A stretch of DNA of 64,000 bases from Lingula anatina. Its lineage: Eukaryota > Animalia > Brachiopoda. Location of the stretch: assembly GCA_051362555.1 (NCBI GenBank), contig CM120640.1, forward strand, positions 2,728,001-2,792,000, given 5' to 3'. The notes beneath the pieces were generated by a model. It was not told the DNA's origin. It worked only from the letters and a program-made list of their open reading frames with translations, and ran no database searches. Position 1 is the stretch's first letter; every line of letters starts with the position of its first letter. A program made the position numbers and the translations under genes. Of the stretch, positions 1 through 13,100 are shown piece after piece.

Positions 1-220
1 AATAACTTTTCACAGCAAAAGTTCAGTTGCATATTCAGTCCTTGTTCCAGATACTGAAATCAAAATGGGTCTTAAAAATCAAGCATTAAAATTCTACTTA
101 CTTTATACAAATTCTACTACAGCCTTTAAAAATAAACATAATCAATACGAGACTGTAAACATAAAATATGGTATGCATAAAAAAATGAAATGTTTACATC
201 ATCAGTGCATCCTCAATTAC

Positions 221-920
221 CTGTGCTGCTTGTTTCTTTACACTGAAATAATCTCCCAACCTCTCACTGACTTGCCTCACCACTTCATTGCCATCTTTCT
301 TTTCCAAGACATAAGTTGCTGTATCAAATAAAGACTGTGTGACATCTCTCTTTATACCATCACTGGCAAGCTGAAATTATAACAAATACATTTACAATAT
401 CTGATACTACAATAGGAGATGTCGAAAACTGACATGTTCCAACCAAATATGGACCTAAATGAATTGGGTAAACAGGTGTTTTGAAGACTGATAATCCAGA
501 GTGGATCCCTACCTGAAGAATATAATTCTGTATGAGCGTGGCCCAGTTCTGTACATCTCCAGAGATGCCAAATTTGGGGTGGACAGCCTGATGGATACCT
601 TCCACACTGTGTGAGGCCACTGCCAGCAGTATGATCACAGCATTTGGTGACATTGCACTGACCTGAAGTTGAAGTATTGTAAAATCACAATAAAGCCATT
701 AATGAAATAAATCTTAAAGGTAGCATTATCAATTTATTATTATTTTTATTATTATTATAACTATTGTTGCAGAAATATGTATGCAAAACTCTTCTTTTGA
801 GAAATAGCACCATAAAAATACCTACAGTTACCGACATTTCTATCAATTGCTTAAACTGAGCAACTCAAGTGTAACAATATAACAATGCAATATACTGATA
901 AGTACAAGTCCCAATGGCAT
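221..920 (-). CDS. 5' part of a voltage-gated Ca channel alpha2-delta / CACHD1-like (VWA-Cache) protein gene; continues off the left edge
   Basis: GT-AG exons 920-906, 662-513 and 370-221 join in frame: MPLGLVSAMSPNAVIILLAVASHSVEG (signal-peptide-like) ... DVQNWATLIQNYILQLASDGIKRDVTQSLFDTATYVLEKKDGNEVVRQVSERLGDYFSVKKQAAQ. This resembles the N-terminal helices of alpha2-delta/CACHD1 proteins (recalled, not searched). ATG at 653 is an alternative start. Confidence 0.6.
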
Positions 921-1153
921 CGTCTGTGCTCTACATCGGAATCTGTAAGAAATTAGCATTTACAATGACGCTTTCAATTACCGGTAAGCTAAATTCCTAC
1001 CACAAAGCCAGTATTGAAAACGGCACTGTTTTTAAAAAATTACTTCATCTTCTACGCTTTTGCATATTTGCATTTTTATGCAAAACCTAAAATTCTTGAC
1101 ACACTCCAAGAATTATCGACTTTTCCGCGGTCACCTTTCTCTCGTAACCTCAT

Positions 1154-1416
1154 TTCTTCCCGGCTGGTTCTGTTTATGTTTTTAGCCTTACGTCTTTGGG
1201 TGTCGAAGCCTTTGATTGGCCAAAAGGGCATGGCAAATGAAAAAGGCAAGCCAATTGGCTACAAGCTGACCTAGATGCGTTTCAGGAAGTTGCGCACAAG
1301 ACAAAGTTAACATGTGTTGATGGCACAACACATTGCAATATTTTGACATAGATTAGGTTCTCAGTCTTTTTTTGCCGGTAGTCCTAAATTTGACGTTGGC
1401 GAGTGCGGATTAAAAT
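1154..1416. promoter_or_regulatory. Bidirectional promoter between the CACHD1-like gene and RIOK1
   Basis: Short, locally CpG-containing gap between divergent first exons. ATTGG at ~1215, palindromic GCCAATTGGC at 1250-1259 (CCAAT on both strands), ETS-like CAGGAAGT at ~1283. Confidence 0.6.
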
Positions 1417-4400
1417 ATGGAAGAGGGACAATTTGATGACGCTGAAGAAGACATCGGGTACGGACATGACATTAATAAAAGTTTATTTACATTTTAAAAT
1501 TACTGGTACATGTGTCTTGGTAAGGTAATAAATTATATATCTTGTAGTACGAATAAACATACTTTAGCAAATTCATCTATACTTTAAGCCAGCATTATAG
1601 TTATTATGAAGAGCAAATAAATGTGCTAGACTCTTTTTTTCTTACTAATTTTGCTTGGAACATCACCATAAACGTTTTCATACTGCATTCATGTTTTTAA
1701 TTTATTCTGTAATTTATTGATTATAATTAAAACTAAATATTAAATCATTGAATAAAGAGGAAATTATTTACACATTCCTACAAGGAAAGAGGAAGTACTA
1801 GTAGGTTGCAGCAGTTGGATGTTGAATAGTGAAATTGAGTTTCTAGATTGTGGAACATTTTAGTTTTACTTTGTTTTATTTTCAATTTGTCAACAGGTAT
1901 GAGAATCAAGATCAGCATTTGAGCAAACAAGGTATGTATTTTCATAATTTGTTTTGGATTCTTTTGCTGTTAGAATAAATATGCATTTAGTTTTATGATA
2001 AAGGTACCAAAAGTGCTTTTGCAAATTTGATTAACATGGCCTTCGGCCCTTTTCCCCATGCTATAAAATTTAAAGTTTTTGACAACAGTATAGGTATGAG
2101 GTAATGTCATACATCATAAATGATTAAACTATCCTGTCATATAAAATGAATAAATTTTAAAAGTTTTACTGAAAATAAATGATTTGATCAGTTTTTATGT
2201 GTACGTTATTTAATATTTTCACAGTTGAGGACTTAAATGTGGAAGGTGGATTTGAGGAAGATAGTGATGGTTATGACAGTGATGATAATGATCTGGATGC
2301 ATATGATTGGGCAACAGAAACAAGAGGTAGGATGGCATTATGTCAGCTACACCTGATGTGTGAATTTTACCCCAATGTTCCACTTTTAGTACTGCTGTAG
2401 ATATGATATCCATGGTTGAGGTGACAGTATGTAATCTGGCTTTCTTCTTTCAGACTTTACCAAAAGATTGAATGCAGTTGTCAGCAGTGCCCAACAGGTA
2501 GGTTTTTTTTGTGAAAGAATGAACATTAGATTGAAGTCTTCAAAATGATATGGATCACAACTATACTGAAGTCTGATATCACTATTATTATTATCATTTA
2601 TGTTTATAACATTGCACTGAAATCATTTTTGACTATTTTTAAGTTATCTGACAAAAACATTCCTGCAAAAAAGGATGTATTGAGATGTGAAAGTTGTGTG
2701 GATAGTATATCTGATGGCCCTTAGTACTAGAATTCATGGTGTCTTTTGCAGTACAATGCCAATCCACAGAAAAAGAACACAAAGGGAACAAGTTCCTTTC
2801 AACCACAAGAGAAAGCCCTGAAGAGATTTGAGGATAAAATCAATGTTGGTAAGAATGTTTGCTGGAAGTGGTTGAATTTACATCCATTTGTGTAATATTC
2901 TGCATATTCAAAGAGTGTTTATGAATTGAAGATTCCAATTACAAAGAAAAGATACTGTTACCATTTGTTGGACTTTTATATATATTTGTTTTTTGCCTAC
3001 AGTTTACTATATTCAGTGTATGAAAGAAGTATGTGTAGTTTTTTTTTTTTCTCATTGCGAAATGTGACACATTTTATTTACTATTTTCATAATTAGATAA
3101 ATATGATGGACCCAGGATTTCAACAATGGCATCAAATGTTTTAAAGAAGACCTCCAAGAAAATGGAGGCGGACAGGTATGTTTACTTTTCATGATGAGTG
3201 CTGACCAAGATGAAGACAATGATTACAATTTATGATTTCAAATTTGAATTATAAAAGTTCAAAAAAATCCATCTTCTGAGCATTGATTTTTGTATGATTG
3301 CCATGCAGTTATGCACCAATAGAGAAACTTGTGACACAATTTAATTGGTTGTTTTATGCAAGGGTGTTGATTGCAGCTCTCATTTCATACCCATGTGAAT
3401 GTGCTAACAACTCTTAATAAAACAAAATGCTTTGGAGACAAAAATGTGACTTTTATATATTATATATTATATACATTTTGCATTATATCATTATGTTCCT
3501 ACATTACATGACATTTTACATATCTCAATATAGACATCAAGGTGATAAAGACAAGTCAGATCGTGCCACCGTGGAACAGGTGATGGACCCCAGGACCAGG
3601 ATGATACTATTTAAGATGCTGAGTAAAGGAGTGATTTCAGAGGTCAATGGCTGTATCAGCACAGGGAAAGAGGCCAATGTCTACCATGCTTCCACTAGTC
3701 AAGGACAGCAGAGAGCTGTCAAGGTTGGTGATGGTTTTGATCTCCATTTCACTTGACTGGAGTGGGAAAATAGTGACATGTATTAAGTTAAACTTGACCT
3801 TGTAAGGCATGTGTAGATTTAAGTTTTTTGTCCTTTGTGCTGCTGTACATGAGGTGTGACTTTAATTTTGTCAGCTTTGTTTAGCAGTTGAAGAAGGACA
3901 AATTCTTAAAAGTTTTATCAATCTCTATTGTTTTTATGTGAATTTATTGAATCTTTTTCTGCACAGCATGGTATGTGGTACATATTCTTATTTATTTCCT
4001 TCAGATATACAAGACATCCATATTGGTTTTCAAAGATAGAGATAAATATGTCACTGGAGAGTTCAGGTAACTTTTTTAAATGGTCATGATCTATAAATGA
4101 TGAATGCAAGTAATTGTAAATGTGATGCAAATGATCGGTGATTGATAGAATTGAGATCAAGATGCTAGTCAAAATACATGCACTTACTAGTCATTATTAA
4201 ACAAATACAACTTCTTTCCCCACTAGGTTTAGACATGGCTACTGCAAACACAACCCAAGAAAAATGGTAAAAACATGGGCAGAAAAAGAGATGAGAAATT
4301 TGACAAGGTGGGCTTGAAATTTGATATGAATTTGCTTGGAGTTAATATTTTTCTTCATCTTACATGCTTCTGTTTTGTACATTCTCACCAGATTTCTTCA

Positions 4401-7400
4401 TATTGCTAATATTTTGTGAGTGTGATCTTTGTACAGATGGTCTTTCTCCATTTTTACCACGTAGTTTATTTTCTATACAGAATCCACCAGTCAGGTTTGC
4501 CGTGTCCTGAGCCTTTCTTACTGAGAAGTCATGTTCTGGTCATGAGTTTTATTGGTGATAATGGATGGTAGGTGAATGATAGTATGATTAGTTTCTTTTA
4601 GTAGAAATAAAGCTTCAGTTGTTATTCTTTCCTCTCAGGCTGTTCTCACAGTTTAATTAGGCATTTGCAGTAACTGTTATGAAATTTTTATTTATTGAAT
4701 TTGTCTTTTGATTTACATTTGGAAGGAGTCAAGTTGGAAACTCTTATTTGAAAAAAATTGTGTTTTTGGATATTAATATAAACTTTATAATAATTTGATT
4801 ATAATCTTATAGATTTTGTTATATTGTATATTTTATATATGTAAAATTCCAGGCCTGCTCCCAGGTTAAAAGATGCAGACATATCTGAAAGCAAGGCTCG
4901 TGAGTTATATCTACAGAGTATACAGCTGATCAGAACACTATACCAGGAGTGCAGGCTGGTTCATGCTGACCTCAGTGAATTTAATATGTTGTATCATAAA
5001 GGTCAAGTGTATGTGATAGATGTGTCTCAGTCTGTGGAACATGATCACCCTCATGCCTTGGAGTTCCTCAGGAAAGATTGCAACAATGTTACAGGTTCGT
5101 TACCCCTCTTAAATATAGCATTTTGTTTTTAATATTACATTTTCCCTCCTTTTTCATTTTTTTTTTCAAATTGGTACTTGCTAGTATAATTGCTCCTTGC
5201 TTGAAGTTGCTTATCAAGCTGGAAAAATAATTTTGGAAGTAGATTGAACAGGTTTTAGATAATTCTTTTGAGAAAGTGATATATGATTGATTAAAATACT
5301 TGATATAGAGCAAGAGGGATGAACAGCTCTTTAGTTTTATATATGACTACATTGTTATTTTTTAGAATTCTTCAGGAGGAAAGGGGTCTGCACCATGACA
5401 TTAAAAGAATTATTTGACTTTGTCACTGACATAACAATATGCAAAGAAAATATTGACCAGTACCTGGAACGAGCAATGGAGGTATCTGCTAACAGAACAG
5501 TAGAAGATGTGACAGAACAGGAGAAAGTTGAAGAAGAGGTAATGTCATTTTTCAAAAAATTTATCCTCATTTATTATCTAGATAGACCTGGCTTTATTTT
5601 AAAGGAAAAAATGCTCTTATAGTTAGCCTTTAAAGTATTCAAATTATTTTGTAATATTTATTTTTTTTCATTTAATTGTTATTATTATTATTATTTTTTT
5701 TTTTTACTTCTTGGTATAAGTTGTTTTTTTTTTCTGACTAGTATTAAAGAGATTTATCATTTAAAGTATGAATATATAGATATATTTATGTAATTCACAA
5801 TACAATTTTGATATTGATCAGAGCCAACAACTTTCAGTGGCATAGCAGTTGTAAATGAAACTGATTTACAATTGAGTTAAATTGATTTTCTGATTGCTTT
5901 GAAGTTTTATTGCTCTGAGATTTTATTGTCAGCATCGTTTATCTCTAGGTATTCAAGAGAGCTTTTATTCCAAGGACATTAGATGATGTGATCGATTTTG
6001 AGGGAGATATTCACAAGGCAAAAGAAGGAGATGTAAGCCAGGTGAGGTTTTAGCAATATAAGTGGCATTTTAAAAGATATCTAGTAAAATTCAAAGAAAT
6101 AATTTTCAATTCAGGCTCAATTGCATGGTTAAGTCTAGCAATAAAGAAAAAAAAACACTAAGCACTTTCTACATCCATTTTTCTTTCTACCTCAAAAAAA
6201 TGTTGCAAGAAAACAATTATTTGCTGTACTTGTTTTTTTTTTTTTACTTTCTGTTATTACATACATATGACCACTGATATTTTCTTAATAATTTCGCCGT
6301 TAATGTGCTTTAACTCTTGGGACAGACAACACAGTTTTTTTGAGGTGTTTGAATATGAATGATGCCTCAGCCTTAAATAACAGATTGACTGATGCCCTCA
6401 TCTGGAAATTGAAGTCAGTTTGCCAATGTCTCATAATAGTCTGCTGGTAGCATTGAAGACCTTTTAAAGTCATCTGTCTGGTACATTACTCAGAGTATTT
6501 ACACTGATCCATTCAGTTTAGTTGTAGTTTGAGAGAGACTGTCTCAGGAGAGGAGTGATCAAAATGAGTTTATACATTTTCTGAAGCAATTATATAAGGT
6601 GGTGCATTCCATTTTTCTTTACCACTTATATGTTGACTGTATTTTACCATTTGTGTTTTATCCATATGCACACACTCACATGCACGCACTCATATGTACA
6701 CATACACACACATTTACACACACACTGTAAATTACCAATACAAGGCTGATCTGAATATCATACTAGTATGGTGCAAGGTCAACTTGCTGTAGACCAGTGC
6801 CCTCCAGTGTGTAAGGTCAACATAATACCCTATGCTGTAGACCAGTGAGCTCCAGTGTGTAAGGTCAACATAATACCCTATGCTGTAGACCAGTGAGCTC
6901 CAGTGTGTAAGGTCAACATAATACCCTATGCTGTAGACCAGTGAGCTCCAGTGTGTAAGGTCAACATAATACCCTATGCTGTAGACCAGTGAGCTCCAGT
7001 GTGTAAGGTCAACATAATACCCTATGCTTTAGACCAGTGAGCTCATACTGTGTGGCATGAACTTGACATTTGCTGATACACGTTGTCTGGAGGTTTTGTT
7101 GCCAGTATTGATTGACATTGTTTGCTCAGACAAGTAGCTAACTCTCAAAAGAATGGATGATAAGTGCAGATCCATCATTTTGGAGTATTCAAAAAATGCG
7201 TAGGTTGGAGTGAAACAGACCTGGTATATCATGGGATGAATATGGCTTCATTAGGATTTCCACTTACCTCATATGTTCCTTTATCGGTTATTAACTATAT
7301 TATTTCATTTGAGATATAAAAGCAATTCCTCACAATTTTGTTTTTTTTTTATGACACAAAAATATGTCATGGCATGGTTTGATTATTTCATCACTACAGT

Positions 7401-10039
7401 TCTGCAGCTTTGTATAACTTACTGATAATCTTATCTTTGGTATTTCAGATTTTATACCAGACAGTGACTGGACTGAAGCCAGATTTGTCAGGTGCTCAAC
7501 AGGTAAGAAATAATGCATGCTGCACTTATGACATTAATTAATTAGAACAAAAAGCCTCCTGAAGGCAGAGTAGCCATGGCCTGAGTTGCAGCACAGTTCT
7601 GAGTGATTAGAATCAACAACCTGATGATTGTATTTATGTTTCTTCAAGGTTGTGGCATAAACATAAAAAACTGATTTTTGACTGATCACAGTATAATTGT
7701 GATTTGTTGCCATGTTTACAGATAGTATTAATATTGCCAGAGAAGAGTTCACAGAGAAATGATTTAGAGATTAGGTTGCAACTTAGCTAATATTGACTCC
7801 ATGGGCAAACAATTTATACTGTTGATTTTTTTACCATTTGTTTAAACACATACACCCTTTTTGCACCATGTATTTATCTTCTGTCTTTTTTTATATGACT
7901 TTGGGCATTATTAATTCAGAGAGTGCACCAAAAGCTGGATAAAAAGTTAAAAGCCCATGTGCATCTTAGTCTGTTTGTAAATAATTAAAAATATGAAATA
8001 ATAAAATAATTTTAAAAAATCAATTTGATAATATCTGCCAGTTGTTATTGGCCATGAGACAAAGTGGTGTCTCTCTTAAAGTAAAGCTCTCTGAGTTCAG
8101 ACCAATTCAGCAAACAGTAACCAAATAGCTCACCATTTGTCATTGAATAGACTGTAGTTTTTTTTGTAAAGAATACAAATACTGTCAGTTATGCATAGAG
8201 GGATTGAACTGCAGCGTATTCATATTTTAATGAAGACTGAAGAGTGACCAGGCACATATGTCATAAAAATAGCATGTCCAAGTCTAGACACATATTACTC
8301 TACTGATGACTGCCTAAGGCTACTTTTTGTCCATAATAAGTACCATCATTGGCTAGGCAGGCGGGGCTCTCACATATTATCTCATCTCTAACAGGTTCTC
8401 ATTTTTCACTCCAAGTGCTGGGGACATTGCTTGTCGTAGAATTATCAGGACTGTAGCCATCAGGTTCAAATGAAGGGGTTTTTTTTCTGAAAAAAGATTG
8501 TACCTGTCCTTTTCACCCCCTTGCTGAACATGTTGAAAAATGGCATAGAATCTAGATCAGATTTTGATTCATTCTTAACCTTTTCCAGCCAAAAGGGTGG
8601 TCCTTTTGGACCCTTAAACTCCCCTACCTATTGCCCTCATTATAAACTATGCAGTTTTTGGAAACTACAGTATACAAGTATGACGTGTTTTAGTAGTAGC
8701 ATTAAGAGTTCCTGCTTGGTGAATGTGTTGATTTAGCTGTTTTGTTTTGTTTTTTAAGTTAATAAATGTTCTAAAGAATAATAACCCTCTCAAATGTTGT
8801 GAAATGTCTGTTTCATTAAGAGGTTCTCTCTGTGAATTATTTACGTAGCCATATAAAAGCAGTGTTTCTGGGCCAAGTAATTTCTGCCAAGCTGATGTAT
8901 TAGATGTATTCAGAGTGGAAAAGAAGTGGGTTACACAATCATTTTAAGGCAAAAAAAACTTTTCATTATTTGTTTTGCATATCAGATATCTTGGCATTAT
9001 GATAAAAGTAATGGTATTGGAGTCAAGATGATCAATTTTTTGTATTATTCCTTTCACTAAAACTCACCCTGCGAAAATTAATTTGTAACCTCAAAAACTT
9101 CAGTACTATGTGCCTGGAAGAAAAATGCGATTGCTACCAGCATAACTCATAATAGTGATCAAAGCAAAAAAAAAAAAAAAATTGGTGAATGAATATGAAA
9201 TGTAACACAGCATGGCTTGCTTGAAAAGATGTGTTCCATCACACAAACCTATTGTGATTATGTTAGGTAATACATTTTCTTTTTTTTTTTTTCTTTCTTT
9301 TTTTTTACAATGTACGTCGCTGTAAAGAGGGCGACTCTGTGACTGCCAGTACATCAGAAGATACAGTGTCAGTGTATAACGCACTGGAATCACCAGTACA
9401 TTTCATGTACATGTATTGTTAATGAACATCATTACCCCAGCCAGAAGAGAAACACTAATAGCTTTTAATAGCAGTCTATAAAGTCACTAGCCGGTGTAAT
9501 TATTACAGTCCATGGTGATTTCCCATTATAGAAAAATATAAGGTACCACTCTACTCGTCTATTCATTGGTAGGTCGTATGATTAGAGTTACTAACATTAT
9601 CATAATTTGGTGCTTGTGATATTGTTTTTGTCATATTTAAGAGAATTAATCATTTCAGCTTAGTCATACTATATATTGATGTTGTACAAAATTTGATAAG
9701 CTGTCCATTCTCCTAGTTGTAAATCAAACATTAAAAAAAAATTATTAATGATTATTTTATTAATAATTTTTAAAAACTTTTTGGTGATTGATTGGTCCTT
9801 TCTCTGCCATTATTTCCATTTATTTAATGTGTATGTACCAAAATATGGACAGCTAGCTAGCACAGTTTAACGTGATGGGTAATACACCATGATAAATTAA
9901 GTTTGCAGTTTGATAAGTACCACTGTGCTTGTCAGTAATCTATTATATTTCTAATATATGGGGGCTTGTGTCAGGAAACAATATTGATATACTGCATAAT
10001 ATTGCTTAACCCAGAGCCATTGTTGTACCAAACAAAGGT

Positions 10040-10104
<65 letters not shown>

Positions 10105-13100
10105 CATAAGCCCTATATCAAAATAGCAAAAAGAATTTAGAATATTTGAACATTATTTTTACCAATCAGTGGTTGATATGGCATTCATACCAGCTTGTCC
10201 TCTTTTTAAAAAATGTACAGTTCACCATTCATTATATGGAAAAAAATCGACATACTTTATTGTTAAGAAAAAACATCATTGCAAAACATCCACATAATAG
10301 CTAAGAAAAGGGAGATCTCATACTGTGCTTTATAAATTGTGGCTGCATTCAAAAATGTTCTGTTTCATAGTTGTTATGTTTTTGTATCAGCTTATAAACA
10401 GAATTACCATTATGGTTAGGCCTAATATGTGTAGTATCTAAAACAGGATACAGCGATGATCTAACGGATCTGTGTGAGTCCATGGTTCAAGCAGACAGAA
10501 TGGCACAGAACCGTGACCAGTGGAGAGTTTTCGTGAGGGGGGTCATGGCAGGTTGGCACCAACCCAACTGTTCTTGATGATGATGATGATGATGATGATG
10601 AATATGTGCAGTATTTCTAGTTAATTCCTGTTCCTCACTTCTAGTATTAGGGGCTGTTTACAATGTGTAAGGTTTCATTTGCCTCCTCTTTACTTGCTTC
10701 CAGTGTATTCATATAATCAGCAGCTTCTCACCAGGAGGAGGCATGTAAGTCTGTTAATCTGATTGCAATCAGCAAGAGTCCCTGCAGAGTTAGTGCACAC
10801 TAGTTATTGCGACTTAACTCACTCTGAACAGGTTCTTTATGTAGCAGGTACTCTAACTGCTGGAGGTGTACATCCCACCTTGGCTTACACTGCTCTATAA
10901 ATTTAAGTTAGGTAATGAAGGAATGTATACCAGGTTTGTCCAGTAGTGTATATTACATGTGGGTATATTTTTGGCAGTGAGTTATTGCTGTGGTCAAGGC
11001 TAAATTAAGGAGGTACAAGTTAGGTGTACAGCCTGTGCTATGGTGAACTGGGAGGGAGGGAGGTGTGAAGGAATGCCATGCCTCAAGCTATAAATGAGTT
11101 AAGGTAAATTTACCAAAGTATATTAATAATTCTCTGTCAAAACTTTTATGACTTCTTGAACACCCCGCATACATGATGAATACTTAATGTTCAGAAAGCT
11201 TGATTACAACTGATCAAAATTCCTGTGATTGTTTAAGGGCAAATGTCAGTACAGAAGATCTGATCCTTAAAATGTGTATCAACATTTTTCTTCTTAAAAA
11301 TGAATGAAATATATTTGGTATCTTGCAATGATGTATAATTTTGTATTTTAAAAAATGTTTTACAATTACAGTTGCCAATTTTGCTTGAGAAGTCTCAGCA
11401 AAGAAGAACCACAGAGTCCTTAAATTCTGCAGGAGAGGAAAGCTCTGATGAAAAAGCAGATGATGAAGAAGAGGAAGAGGAAGATAGTGATGATGAAAGT
11501 CGGCCACAAAAGCTCAGTACCTTAAGGCCTCGGGATGAGTCACCCTCCAGTCGTAAGGTGAGTTCTGACTAGAAATTTTACTGGTATGCCTAATTTATTT
11601 CTCTGTATTGATTATTTAACCTGGGACAAGGTGAGTTTCCTTCTGGTTGAAGGGATAATAACTCTTTGTATGAGATCTATTTTTCATAATAAAAACACTG
11701 TAAACAACTCATAGAAATATAAAATTTTTATGTTTTACCACAAAAAACAGCAGAGATGGCTATGCTCTGTTATAGTCTCTTAAGAGATTATTATAAAACA
11801 AAAACAAACCTTTTAGAAAAAAAAACTGACTAACTTTGAATGTAGAAATGGATTCGTTAACCATTGGTAAGTATGGGGAAATTGCTGTTTACTCCAGGAA
11901 AATTCATTTCTGAGCCAAAACGAACAGTTTTTATCCCTTTAAACAAAATTTTCCACTTAGGCTTCATTCACATGCAATGTCTATTTTCTAAATTCTATTT
12001 TCTATTCGCGGTATGTCTTATGATCACGGTCTGTGCCCTGAATATCCCGCGGCGTAATTACTGGCAGCACAAGCCAGTTACTATAAGTTACTATAAGTAA
12101 CTGGCTCGCGCTGCCAGTAATTACGCGGCGGGATATTCAGTGTACAGACTGTGATCATAAGATAGCGCAAATAGAAAATAGATTTTTAGAAAATAGACAT
12201 TCCATGTGAACGAAGCCTTATTGTTACAGCTGCACTTAGTATTCACTGTTGCATTCTAAGAGATAAAAATTTAACACATGTATACCAGGAAGTATTTTAA
12301 GTTAATTATTTTACCAGAAGGAACGTGTGCCTGCAGTCAAAAATCTAAATAAGTTTCTTTTCTGACTAAAAATAGTCACTTTCTGCTGAGTTATGTACGC
12401 AGTGTTATAACCAGTTCAGGAATGTTGTCTTTTATGAAACTATTTATAATATAATGCATTGAAATGTGATACATTTACATGGAAATATGCCATTTCTTGT
12501 TGTAAATTGAGCAAATTTAGCTGTGTGATAGCTTTTATTAGTTACCTGTATCATATGTAACATATCAATAGAAGGGCAAGGAGATTTACATGTAATGATA
12601 CCTAAGGTATTAGGTTAGGATTGTTTATAATATTATCTAACCTGTCGGGTTCACTGTGGGTGGGTAAGAATTGACGAGTCTTCATTTAGCTTGGTAATGG
12701 AAAACTTTGATGGAAAATGTGTCATGCCAAAATACCAATAGATATATACCAGTGTACCGAAACAGGTACAGCTGGTAATTGATAAGAATGATAACCAGCA
12801 AGTTCTGATCGAGTTTGTTTAGCAAAGTTATTTTTTCAAAAAGTATTTGAATAATGAGAATTATTTTAGAAATAGCGGAAATGGAATTATTAAAAATGGA
12901 GGTGGCATGAGAATAATTGAAACGTTACATTCATCAAATACACCATCGTGCAAATTACTGGCTCTATGCTGAAATACTTGTGGTCATTGTACCACCAGCG
13001 TTAGCGCTGGCGGTACACATGGTTTCGGTCCCGTCCGGATCGTTCCGCCGGCTCCGTTGGCTCCGCCGGATGGCTACCGTTACCGCTTCTCCTCCTAGAC

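Noticed and set aside
1-53. Possible further exon of the CACHD1-like gene (YLEQGLNMQLNFCCEKL)
   Set aside because: The acceptor is plausible, but the segment is cut by the window edge and the peptide is not convincingly homologous.
3190-3285. C/D-box snoRNA-like ATGATGA...CTGA in a RIOK1 intron
   Set aside because: Poor terminal stem, implausible D'/C' spacing and no recognisable guide; such words are common in AT-rich DNA.
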